Of a stretch of 64,000 nt of DNA, positions 8,854-16,456 are shown piece by piece. A program made the translations under genes and the position numbers. Source of the DNA: Burkholderiales bacterium (GTDB lineage: Bacteria; Pseudomonadota; Gammaproteobacteria; Burkholderiales; JACQAP01); NCBI GenBank assembly GCA_035275265.1, contig DATENC010000004.1, positions 75,843 to 139,842 of the forward strand. The letters run 5' to 3'. The notes beneath the pieces were generated by a model that was not told the DNA's origin, searched no databases, and was given only the letters and a program-made list of their open reading frames with translations. Position 1 is the stretch's first letter, and every line of letters starts with the position of its first letter.

Positions 8854-9765
8854 TCACGGTCTGTCTGGCGTCGGCGTGGGGCTGGGTGGTGCAGGCACAG
8901 GCTGCGGACGGGGGTCGGACCCGCCTCTATTGATATCCTTTAGACACTCCTTGTGCGCCTTTTCACACTTGTCAACGGCAGCACTATGAGTGCCTAAGCA
9001 ATCCGGGCGCAAAGGAGAGAGCTTCCTCCTGTCCAGACATTTCTGATAGTTGCTCTCAGCCCGCCGTTTGCAACTGGCGTAGGGGCCTTGACACTTCAGG
9101 GCTGGACAGGTCTTTCTCAAGGTCTTGATGTATTCGACGCCCCGGCGCTGTATGAGATGTTCAGTGTTGTATCCGTATTCGCCGCTGCCAAACACCCAGT
9201 CTTCGCACCTCGCCTTGAATGCCCGTGGGAAGCTGCTTGGCAAGCCGCACGACTCGAATGACTTCGTTGTTTCGTCCTGCCCATCGGCGTTACAGTCGCA
9301 TGTAATCTCGCCGGAGTAGAAAACAGAACCCGGCGCTGCTGCCGGGTCTTTCTTGCAGTGATCCTCGGCACTGGAACGATCGGCAGCGGAATAAGGGGAT
9401 GACCATCCGCAGCTCGCGATGGATTGGCCGCTTCCGGCCGCCGCTTTTGCCTCGTGGTCCTCCACCTGTGCCGCGAGCGCGATTGACACCTCGGCTGGAA
9501 ACCCGGCGAGCACGTCCGCGATCTGGACCATACCCCCGCGGCACAAGCCGGCGCACCTGATGATGCTTCCCGCCCCCTGATTCTTCAGAACATGCGAAAG
9601 TACGACGACCGCGGCCGGTGATTTATCGCAGAACACATTGACTTGGTATATCTGATCGGCCCGTGCAGCGGAGGCGACGAAAACGCTTGCGGCGAGAAAG
9701 CCCAGTGCCGTTAGCCGGGAAAGCAGCAAATGGGTCAGGCACATACTTTCGGTTGGTCTGTCCAT
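8854..9765 (-). CDS. secreted cysteine-rich hypothetical protein with a Pro-rich C-terminal tail
   Basis: ATG at 9765 after GGAGAAG. Signal peptide ...LGFLAASVFVASAARA-DQ, about 19 Cys in the mature part, C-terminal RPQPVPAPPSPTPTPDRP. Confidence 0.65.
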   Translation of the reverse strand: MDRPTESMCLTHLLLSRLTALGFLAASVFVASAARADQIYQVNVFCDKSPAAVVVLSHVLKNQGAGSIIRCAGLCRGGMVQIADVLAGFPAEVSIALAAQVEDHEAKAAAGSGQSIASCGWSSPYSAADRSSAEDHCKKDPAAAPGSVFYSGEITCDCNADGQDETTKSFESCGLPSSFPRAFKARCEDWVFGSGEYGYNTEHLIQRRGVEYIKTLRKTCPALKCQGPYASCKRRAESNYQKCLDRRKLSPLRPDCLGTHSAAVDKCEKAHKECLKDINRGGSDPRPQPVPAPPSPTPTPDRP

Positions 9766-9856
9766 AATCTTCTCCGCATCGGACGTTAGGATGAAGGCCT
9801 TAAGTGCTGCTGAGAGAGTGAGCGTACTACGGGATCTCGTCCGTGCAACCGTACGA

Positions 9857-10429
9857 TCATTTCTTGGGGGTGTAAGTGAATTTCTGCCCGCCGATGCTTG
9901 CTTCGTACATCAGCCCACCCTTGGCAACAGTGAACGTCGCCATGCCTTTGTTGTAAGAGCCGGCAGTGGTGGCGTCATGTTTGCCTCCGCTGGCGCTGGT
10001 GGAGGTGCCGGCTGTGTTCGCGGCGGCCGATGCGCCGGCCGTGATGGCGACCGCGGTCGCCTGGACGCCGAACTCGAACTTGCCGGAGGTGAATTCGTCG
10101 AAGGCGCGCTGGTCCTGAAAGAACACGATCTGGCTGTAGCCCTGGCCGCCGAACTGCCAACCAACCGTTAGCTGTTTCATCGACGTGTTACCGACGTATG
10201 CTCCGTTCTTATAGACCCGGCCTTTGCCGTAGGCACCGCCGATGCCCACGCCGCCTTTGCCGATCGTCGGGAAAACTGCGTAACCGTAGCTGTGGTCGAA
10301 AAAACCCGAACTCGCTCCGGCCTCCTTGAATATCTTGATGGTATCCGTGTAATCGTCCGCCCAGACGCTAGTCGAGGAGCTGATCAACAACAGCAGTGCT
10401 GCGAAAAGGCCATATCCAAGTCGTTTCAT
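9857..10429 (-). CDS. SYLF (DUF500/Ysc84-like) lipid-binding domain protein, secreted
   Basis: Start at MKRLGYGLFAALLLLISS (signal peptide). Gly-rich SYLF-like core (GKGGVGIGGAYGKG, VGWQFGGQGY). The longer ORF upstream runs into repeat R5. Confidence 0.75.
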   Translation of the reverse strand: MKRLGYGLFAALLLLISSSTSVWADDYTDTIKIFKEAGASSGFFDHSYGYAVFPTIGKGGVGIGGAYGKGRVYKNGAYVGNTSMKQLTVGWQFGGQGYSQIVFFQDQRAFDEFTSGKFEFGVQATAVAITAGASAAANTAGTSTSASGGKHDATTAGSYNKGMATFTVAKGGLMYEASIGGQKFTYTPKK

Positions 10430-10438
10430 GTTAGAGAC

Positions 10439-10496
10439 CGTGAATGAGTGAATGAGTGAAGGGTAAGAGCGAAAACGGAGACTAGGGGCGAGGAAG
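10439..10496. repeat. mosaic word-repeat locus R5 (GTGAATGA octads)
   Basis: GTGAATGAGTGAATGAGTGAAGGGTAAGAG...ACTAGGGGCGAGGAAG. Confidence 0.8.
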
Positions 10497-10636
10497 CTCC
10501 ATAAGCGCCTCACTGAACATCCCGCTTTTCAAAAGTCATCTGCCGGTCTTGTGGTTGCATCAAGGAACTGAACTTCGACGTGCCATTTATCACCACGTCT
10601 GCGTCAGGATTCTACTTCGATCTTGATGAGAAAAAC

Positions 10637-10737
10637 AGGGACGAGGGGAGAGGGAAGAACTGCAGGGCTAGAAGTTAGGAAAGGCTCTAGTGATGTTACC
10701 CTTCACCCTCACATGCACCCGGAGGGGTGTCACTTCT
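10637..10737. repeat. mosaic word-repeat locus R6 (A + D modules)
   Basis: AGGGACGAGGGGAGAGGGAAGAACTGCAGG, then ACCCTTCACCCTCACATGCACCCGGAGGGGTGTCAC (D motif at 10710-10733). Confidence 0.9.
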
Positions 10738-10769
10738 TCACGCCACCACCACGGCGCAAGGGGATGTCA

Positions 10770-11588
10770 ATGAAATCGATCAAGCGCGAGCAATACGAGG
10801 AAGCCCTCGAAGCACTGCACACCGAGCTGATCAACCTGCAGCACTGGATCATTGCCAATAACCAGCGCGTGGCCGTTATTTTCGAGGGGCGCGATGCCGC
10901 CGGCAAGGGCGGTGTGATCAAGGCCATCGAGGCACCGCTCAACGATCGCTACGTGCGCACCGTCGCGCTTTCGAAACCCAATGAACTTGAGCGCAGCCAG
11001 TGGTACTTCGAGCGCTACGCGGCCCAGTTGCCGAGTGCTGGTGAACTTGTCCTCTTCGATCGCAGCTGGTACAACCGCGCCGGTGTCGAACTGGTCATGG
11101 GCTTCTGCACACCCGCCCAACACAAGCAGTTCCTGAAGGACTGCCCGGCGTTCGAACGCCTGATCACCAACGACGGCCTGATCCTGCTCAAGTACTGGCT
11201 CTGCGTCGACCAGGAAGAACAGGAAGAACGCTTCGCCGAACGGGCGAAGGATCCCGCCAAGCGCTGGAAACTGTCTCCAATCGACATCAAGGCGCGCGAG
11301 AAATACGCCGCATACGGCAAAGTGCGCGACAGGATGCTGCGTGCGACCCACACCGATTACGCACCCTGGTACGTGGTCAACTTCAACGACCAGAAACGCG
11401 GTCGATTGAACCTGATCGATCACCTGCTCAAGCGGCTGCCTAAGCGCGAATCTCCGGCCCCGGAACTGTCTCTACCCAAACTCTCCGGCAAGCCTCTCAA
11501 GGAACACATCCCTCGCGGTTTTCTCATTGAAGAGGGTGTGTGGAGAGGGGTGAGGGGTGAGGGGAGGGCAGGGAACAGTGACAAGTGA
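10770..11588 (+). CDS. ppk2: polyphosphate kinase 2
   Basis: PPK2 motifs VIFEGRDAAGKGG (Walker A), FDRSWYNR and a lid region. Start at 10764 or 10770 (AAGGGG upstream). The last ~20 aa and the TGA stop are encoded by repeat R7. Confidence 0.85.
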   Translation: MKSIKREQYEEALEALHTELINLQHWIIANNQRVAVIFEGRDAAGKGGVIKAIEAPLNDRYVRTVALSKPNELERSQWYFERYAAQLPSAGELVLFDRSWYNRAGVELVMGFCTPAQHKQFLKDCPAFERLITNDGLILLKYWLCVDQEEQEERFAERAKDPAKRWKLSPIDIKAREKYAAYGKVRDRMLRATHTDYAPWYVVNFNDQKRGRLNLIDHLLKRLPKRESPAPELSLPKLSGKPLKEHIPRGFLIEEGVWRGVRGEGRAGNSDK

Positions 11589-11594
11589 CGAGTG
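11531..11594. repeat. mosaic word-repeat locus R7, inside the 3' end of ppk2
   Basis: GAGGGGTGAGGGGTGAGGGGAGGGCAGGGAACAGTGACAAGTGACGAGTGG. It provides the ppk2 C-terminal tail and TGA stop. Confidence 0.85.
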
Positions 11595-11603
11595 GAATCG
11601 TGC

Positions 11604-12389
11604 ATGATGATGTGCATGCACAACATCTTTATCGCATTGGTGCTGTTTGCCGCCTTGCCGTTGCCGGCGTTGTCGGCGGATCTAACGGTCGATCAGGTAG
11701 GGAAGATCCTTTCCAATCCGGGGCATGAGGGCACCGATGCGCTTGCTGGAAAAGATCTATCCCGTCTGGATTTGAGCGGCCGGGATTTCCGGCGGGCAAA
11801 CCTGACCCGGAGCAGTTTGTTCGCCAGCAAGCTCGTACAAAGCAATTTCTCCGGTGCCAAGCTCTCCGGCGTCAATCTGAACGGCGCCTGGCTGATGGGG
11901 ACGGACTTTTCGGATGCCGATCTTTCTCGTGCAACGTTGATGTCTGTCGTGATCCTCGGCGGGGAAATTACGGTCCGGCCGAACTTCAGGAACGCCAACC
12001 TCTCCGATGCCCGCATCATCGCAGAACTGGACGGTGCCGATCTTTCGCACGCGGACTTGTCCCGGGCGCGCCTGGGCGTTGACATCAAGAATCAGGGAAT
12101 GGGCCAGATGCGCACCAACCTCACCAAGGCGAATCTCGAGGGCGCGGATCTTACCGAAGCCGATCTGAACAGGACGCTGTTGGCGTTTGCCAACCTGAAA
12201 GGTGCAAGCCTGCGCGGGGCCAATCTGTTTCGAGCGGACCTTTCCGGTGCGGACTTGAGCGGGGCGGATGTGACCGGAGTGAATCTGGATGAGGCCAATA
12301 TCAACGGAACGATCTTCAAGGGCGTGCGCGGATTGGATTCGGTAAAGGGTCTCGACCGGACCGAACATCGGGACCGTGCGAAGTTTTAG
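11604..12389 (+). CDS. pentapeptide repeat protein with signal peptide
   Basis: N-terminal hydrophobic signal (IFIALVLFAALPLPALSA), then long runs of A(D/N)LxG-type pentapeptides. Start ambiguous between 11592 and 11616. Confidence 0.8.
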   Translation: MMMCMHNIFIALVLFAALPLPALSADLTVDQVGKILSNPGHEGTDALAGKDLSRLDLSGRDFRRANLTRSSLFASKLVQSNFSGAKLSGVNLNGAWLMGTDFSDADLSRATLMSVVILGGEITVRPNFRNANLSDARIIAELDGADLSHADLSRARLGVDIKNQGMGQMRTNLTKANLEGADLTEADLNRTLLAFANLKGASLRGANLFRADLSGADLSGADVTGVNLDEANINGTIFKGVRGLDSVKGLDRTEHRDRAKF

Positions 12390-12505
12390 AAGGGACGAGG
12401 GGCGCCCCGCAAGGGGATTCCCACAAGGGGATACCGGCCTTCGACCATAAATGAGGGAAGTGTGGCCCCCTCGTCCCTCTCCACTCGTCCCTCGCCCCTC
12501 GTGGC
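12390..12505. repeat. mosaic word-repeat locus R8 (G arm, reverse E block, C arm)
   Basis: AGGGACGAGGGGCG, then GCCCCGCAAGGGGATTCCCACAAGGGGATACCGGCCTTCGACCATAAATGAG (12403-12455, a 47-nt match to R3), then CCCTCGTCCCTCTCCACTCGTCCCTCGCCCCTCG. Confidence 0.9.
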
Positions 12506-12573
12506 CTAAGGTATTTACCTGATATCGCTGTAAGGAATGCACTACACGCGTTATGCGAATTGGGTAAACCGGA

Positions 12574-12602
12574 TTGACTTGCGACGAAAATTAGGGATCA
12601 AT
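12574..12602 (+). promoter_or_regulatory. putative sigma70-type promoter for WYCV paralog 1
   Basis: TTGACT, 17 nt, ATCAAT, located 33 nt upstream of the GTG start. Confidence 0.35.
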
Positions 12603-12634
12603 GTGGGCATCAACTTTCGTAGCGAGCGCGACAA

Positions 12635-12928
12635 GTGTCCTGGTACTGCGTGCAGATTCCTCCCCGGGCATCGTCGAACGCTTCGGCATGGAGTCTCATC
12701 TCAATGGTTCGCGACACGCATAGGAAAGCTGGCGCGCCCGAGGACGTGGCGGTGTACCACGAATTTACGAAGGACAGGCACAACCTTTTTTACTTCTCGC
12801 CAGGATGTGCAGCAGTCTTTCGGGATCTGTTGAAGTTCTTCAAAGCATCCCCAAGTGAGCAACCGCCATTGTATGAAAGCCTCACGCGCGTCCTGGGACC
12901 CACTACGCCGCCGGCAGAGCATTGGTAG
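12635..12928 (+). CDS. small hypothetical protein, 'WYCV' paralog 1
   Basis: GTG start. 97 aa. Aligns with the 13855-14118 product: M(S/G)WYCV, G.PED..VY, (Y/F)FSP..A, KF. The paralogy supports this frame over the overlapping 12537-12833 ORF. Confidence 0.55.
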   Translation: MSWYCVQIPPRASSNASAWSLISMVRDTHRKAGAPEDVAVYHEFTKDRHNLFYFSPGCAAVFRDLLKFFKASPSEQPPLYESLTRVLGPTTPPAEHW

Positions 12929-12937
12929 AAACAAAGA

Positions 12938-12962
12938 GGCCGCGGTGCGGCCCCTTCGTTTG
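12938..12962 (+). terminator. possible weak terminator after WYCV paralog 1
   Basis: GGCCGC / GCGGCC stem with a GGT loop, followed by CCTTCGTTT. Confidence 0.35.
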
Positions 12963-13030
12963 CAGTGTCTGAGTCATACGGCGGCCATGCGCGCAGCGAT
13001 CTCCCCGCACGTCATCCCGCCCTCGTAGTC

Positions 13031-13426
13031 CTAGTGTCCGACCTTTCCTTTTCTGCCCCACATAGGCAGCGGCGGATTCTCGTCCACGACTTCGTAGGTA
13101 TACACGGCACTAATAGGGAGGTAATCGCCGTTCTCATCCACGATCATTGTGACGCGGTCGTCGGGCCCCGACAGCACCTGATAACCGAAGCTGCCGGTTC
13201 TCTCGTGCTCGTTCGCCCCACGCGCCGCAGCTTCGACCGTAGCCTCTTTGGCGGCAACCAGCAGCGCGCGCTCGCCTTCGATCTCCTCAATATCAGCGGC
13301 AATGCCGACGAGTGCGTCTTGCTCGGCTTCGATTTTTCCATGGGCCTGCTCTTCCCTGATGTGCGCAGCCTCAGCGGACAGTGCGGTTATTCGCGCGGTC
13401 AAGGCTTCGATCTGTTGCTGAAACAC
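13031..13426 (-). CDS. hypothetical protein with an N-terminal coiled coil (131 aa)
   Basis: GTG start without a clear SD. Acidic heptad-like N-terminal half and a distinct C-terminal domain. Preferred over the antisense ORF 12965-13432, which looks like a GC artefact. Confidence 0.45.
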   Translation of the reverse strand: MFQQQIEALTARITALSAEAAHIREEQAHGKIEAEQDALVGIAADIEEIEGERALLVAAKEATVEAAARGANEHERTGSFGYQVLSGPDDRVTMIVDENGDYLPISAVYTYEVVDENPPLPMWGRKGKVGH

Positions 13427-13485
13427 CAGTGAGCGGGGTGCGACGCTCTCGTCACGCCAAGAGGTGAATCGGATCTTGATGAGCT

Positions 13486-13698
13486 TCAGGCAGCGCCTCC
13501 CAAGGAAGTCTGGCGGTCCTTCTCGTGCTGCTCATCGAGCAACGCGGCCAGATCGATACCCATGAAGGTCGTGCCCCGCAGAAAACGCGAACCCGGCGTG
13601 ACCTGTATGCGCCCGCCCGGAAGTAACAACTCGGCGGGCTCGACGCAGGTCCAAGCACCGCTGGGTTCCTTCTTGAAGTGTGTTATGAAGTTCTGCAA
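13486..13698 (-). CDS. small hypothetical protein (70 aa)
   Basis: TTG start preceded by TGGAGAA 5 nt upstream. Lies 59 nt upstream of the 131-aa ORF on the same strand. Confidence 0.45.
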   Translation of the reverse strand: MQNFITHFKKEPSGAWTCVEPAELLLPGGRIQVTPGSRFLRGTTFMGIDLAALLDEQHEKDRQTSLGGAA

Positions 13699-13805
13699 TC
13701 GTTCTCCAGGTAATGAATCGGCTAATGACGCATGCCTAGTTCCAAGAACAACTCAGACCATATCCGGCGGCATCGGTTTAACTGGTGCGTGAGTAATTGG
13801 GACTA

Positions 13806-13834
13806 TTGCCGAGTTGCCAGCCCCTCGAATAATG
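13806..13834 (+). promoter_or_regulatory. putative sigma70-type promoter for WYCV paralog 2
   Basis: TTGCCG, 17 nt, ATAATG, located 21 nt upstream of the ATG. Confidence 0.35.
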
Positions 13835-13854
13835 TGCACGAAAGGGAAAAGTAC

Positions 13855-14118
13855 ATGGGCTGGTATTGCGTACACGTTGACAACATGCGGCTTACGGCTG
13901 CGGTAAACACTACCTTTCGCAAAATGCTCCTGGACGCGTATCGGGAGCACGGCGAACCCGAGGACTGCCGCGTTTACCTCAGAACCGATCCCGACGGCGC
14001 CTTTTCCTACTTCTTTTCCCCTGCTGCCGCCAAGACTCTAGAAAGGTTTATCAAGTTCTGGGAAGGTTTTGGTTGCCCCGACCCTACGAATTTGAAGCAG
14101 ATGGAAGTCGTGCTCTGA
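13855..14118 (+). CDS. small hypothetical protein, 'WYCV' paralog 2
   Basis: ATG at 13855 after AAAGGGAAAAG. 87 aa. Paralogous to the 12635-12928 product. Confidence 0.6.
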   Translation: MGWYCVHVDNMRLTAAVNTTFRKMLLDAYREHGEPEDCRVYLRTDPDGAFSYFFSPAAAKTLERFIKFWEGFGCPDPTNLKQMEVVL

Positions 14119-14494
14119 GCGAGGCATGAGCCGACTGGATCACCGCTTTTGCCAGGCAAGTAGCTGAATACGGTCATTTCAGGACGTTACTGTCGCAGTT
14201 AAGGCCGCGTGCTCGGATGCCCCTCCGTGCAACTCGAGACTCAACTCTCGACGCGCGAACGTTGCGGCCTACTTACTTCCGGTCCTGGGTACCCACCGCA
14301 CGCCCAAGGTGGGACGGACCAGACAACATTCCGCAAGAAGGAAATCTCTACGCGGTCGCATTTTCGCCGACGGTGCTGTCGGCATCCGCTCATTGCGAGG
14401 TTGCAATCCAAAGATCCGCTTGCTCGCCCGTCGATCGCAGGTTGATTCGCTAGCAGCAGGTGAAAGGGCGGGGGTCATAACCAAGGTGTGCCAG

Positions 14495-15271
14495 ATGTGC
14501 GGAAAATCAGATGCTGGTGGCGTGCGCGCACCGGCCGTAATAGTTATCGCAGCCATTTCCGGCGTGCTCGCAATGTCCCAGCCGCGATACGCCGACTGCG
14601 CCCCGATCAAGATTCACTCGCCCAGCGTGACCAAAGGGAAGAATGAAATCGAGTATCTTGGGTTTCGCGACATCGACAAAGATGATGAACGGGACGGCGC
14701 GGAGATGCATTCCATCGCGATAGGACGCGGCTTCACGGACTATTGGCTTAGTGAACTTTCCCTGGTATACGCGAAAGAACCGGGTGCTTCGCTCGAGTAT
14801 GACTCGCTCGAATGGGAAAATCTGTTTCGGCTGTCGAAGAAGGATCAATACTGGGCCGAATTCGGACTGTTCACACAGTACGAAGCGACTGAAGACGGTG
14901 CGGACGAGATCCTTATCGCCCCAATCGTCGAGAAGACCGTGGATCGATGGGTGGGAACGATGAACCTGTTCTTCGGGCGCAAGGTCGGCAGCGAAGCGGA
15001 ATCGGGCACTAGTTTCAGCTATGCCGCAAGACTGAGATACTCAATGCACAAGCAATTCGCACCCGCAATCGAGATCTTTGGAGACCTCGGGCGAATTGGA
15101 GAATTCGACTCCTTCAACGAGCAGGAGCACTGGGCAGGGCCCGCCTTCTACGGACAGATAGGCATGGGCGGTTCCAACAAAGTGGTTTACAGCGCGGCAT
15201 ACTTGTTCGGCGTGACATCGGTTTCAAGCGACAACCGCGCGATTCTGCGCATCGAATACGAATTCTTCTAA
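14495..15271 (+). CDS. putative outer-membrane beta-barrel protein
   Basis: Signal peptide, alternating amphipathic beta-strand pattern, and a C-terminal aromatic residue (RIEYEFF). Start chosen at MCGKSD. Confidence 0.55.
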   Translation: MCGKSDAGGVRAPAVIVIAAISGVLAMSQPRYADCAPIKIHSPSVTKGKNEIEYLGFRDIDKDDERDGAEMHSIAIGRGFTDYWLSELSLVYAKEPGASLEYDSLEWENLFRLSKKDQYWAEFGLFTQYEATEDGADEILIAPIVEKTVDRWVGTMNLFFGRKVGSEAESGTSFSYAARLRYSMHKQFAPAIEIFGDLGRIGEFDSFNEQEHWAGPAFYGQIGMGGSNKVVYSAAYLFGVTSVSSDNRAILRIEYEFF

Positions 15272-15305
15272 AGGGAGGTCTTACCTAGGCGAGACGGCAT
15301 ACGGC

Positions 15306-15392
15306 GGTGAAGGTGTGACACCCCTCCGGGTGCATGTGAGGGGGAAAGACCGGTGACGAGTGACAAGTGACGGGTGACAAGTGACCGGTGAC
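15306..15392. repeat. mosaic word-repeat locus R9 (reverse D + GTGAC heptads)
   Basis: GTGACACCCCTCCGGGTGCATGTG (15315-15338), then GGTGACGAGTGACAAGTGACGGGTGACAAGTGACCGGTGAC. Confidence 0.9.
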
Positions 15393-15468
15393 TCCCGCGG
15401 ATATACTGGTGGCGTCAATCGTGCCGGCCGTGACCGGCATCTTTTTTCATTCGCTGCCGGGAATTGTC

Positions 15469-16239
15469 ATGACTCAGGATCGTCTCGCCATCTACCCCAG
15501 CCTGAAGCACAAGGTCGTTTTCATTACCGGAGGTGGATCGGGGATCGGTGCCTCCATCGTCGAAGGATTTGTGCGCCAGAGCGCGAAGGTCGGGTTCGTT
15601 GACATCGACGCCGCCGCCAGCAACAAACTTGTGCAGAAACTCAAGGGCACCGGACAGGCGCCGCGATTCATCCGCTGCGATATCCGCGACATCGGGCAAC
15701 TGCGCGCGGCCATCGATAGGGTGCAGTCCGAATTGGGTGACATCGGCATCCTGGTCAACAACGCCGCACGGGACGATCGCCATTCGATCGAAAGCGTCAC
15801 GCCCGAATTCTGGGACGAGCGCGTTGCCGTGAACCTTCGCCACCAGTTCTTCGCTTCGCAGGCCGTCGCCGATCAGATGAAGCGCCTGGGCGGCGGCTCG
15901 ATCATCAATTTCGGTTCCATTTCCTGGATGACCGCAACCGGCGGCATGCCGGCATACACCACCAGCAAAGCCGCGGTCCACGGCCTGACGCGCGGGCTGG
16001 CGCGCGACCTCGGGCCGTTCAACATCCGCGCAAACACAGTGTCCCCCGGCTGGGTCATGACCGAGCGGCAGAAAAAACTCTGGGTGACACCGGAGGGCGA
16101 GAAACAGATGGACCAATTGCAGTGCCTGAAAGGCCGGCTACAGCCCGAAGATCTTGCCAACATGGTGCTGTTCCTCGCGTCGGATGACGCGAAGATGATC
16201 ACGTCGCAGAATTTCGTCGTGGATGCGGGATGGGTGTAG
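15469..16239 (+). CDS. SDR family oxidoreductase
   Basis: TGGGSGIG cofactor motif, NNAA, and the YxxxK catalytic motif (YTTSKAAV). Confidence 0.85.
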   Translation: MTQDRLAIYPSLKHKVVFITGGGSGIGASIVEGFVRQSAKVGFVDIDAAASNKLVQKLKGTGQAPRFIRCDIRDIGQLRAAIDRVQSELGDIGILVNNAARDDRHSIESVTPEFWDERVAVNLRHQFFASQAVADQMKRLGGGSIINFGSISWMTATGGMPAYTTSKAAVHGLTRGLARDLGPFNIRANTVSPGWVMTERQKKLWVTPEGEKQMDQLQCLKGRLQPEDLANMVLFLASDDAKMITSQNFVVDAGWV

Positions 16240-16240
16240 T

Positions 16241-16410
16241 ACGAGGGAAGAGGGAAGAGGGAAGAGGGACGAGGGAAGAGGGAAGGGGAAAACCAATTCT
16301 CTTCACGAGGCGCCTTCACTGCTTTCCCCCGTCACTTGTCACCTGTCACCCGTCACTCCTTTTCCCTACTACCTTTCCCTCGCCCCTCTTCCCTCGTCCC
16401 TCGCCCCTAG
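16241..16410. repeat. mosaic word-repeat locus R10 (long G arm, reversed GTGAC words, complementary C arm)
   Basis: (GAGGGAA)n GAGGGACGAGGGAAGAGGG on the left. GTCACTTGTCACCTGTCACCCGTCAC in the centre. CCCTCGCCCCTCTTCCCTCGTCCCTCGCCCC on the right, whose reverse complement shares a ~19-nt match with the left arm. Confidence 0.9.
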
Positions 16411-16456
16411 CCAGTGCCCGCTATACTTGTGACATCCGCCTCGCTCTCCGTTCTCC

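Noticed and set aside
12965-13432. 155-aa plus-strand ORF and the overlapping 12537-12833 ORF
   Set aside because: 12965-13432 is antisense to a more protein-like coiled-coil ORF. 12537-12833 overlaps the frame that is supported by paralogy with 13855-14118.
16241-16410. Possible CRISPR array suggested by the tandem short repeats
   Set aside because: The units are 7-8 nt and directly abutting. There are no 25-40 nt unique spacers and no cas genes, so this is not CRISPR architecture.
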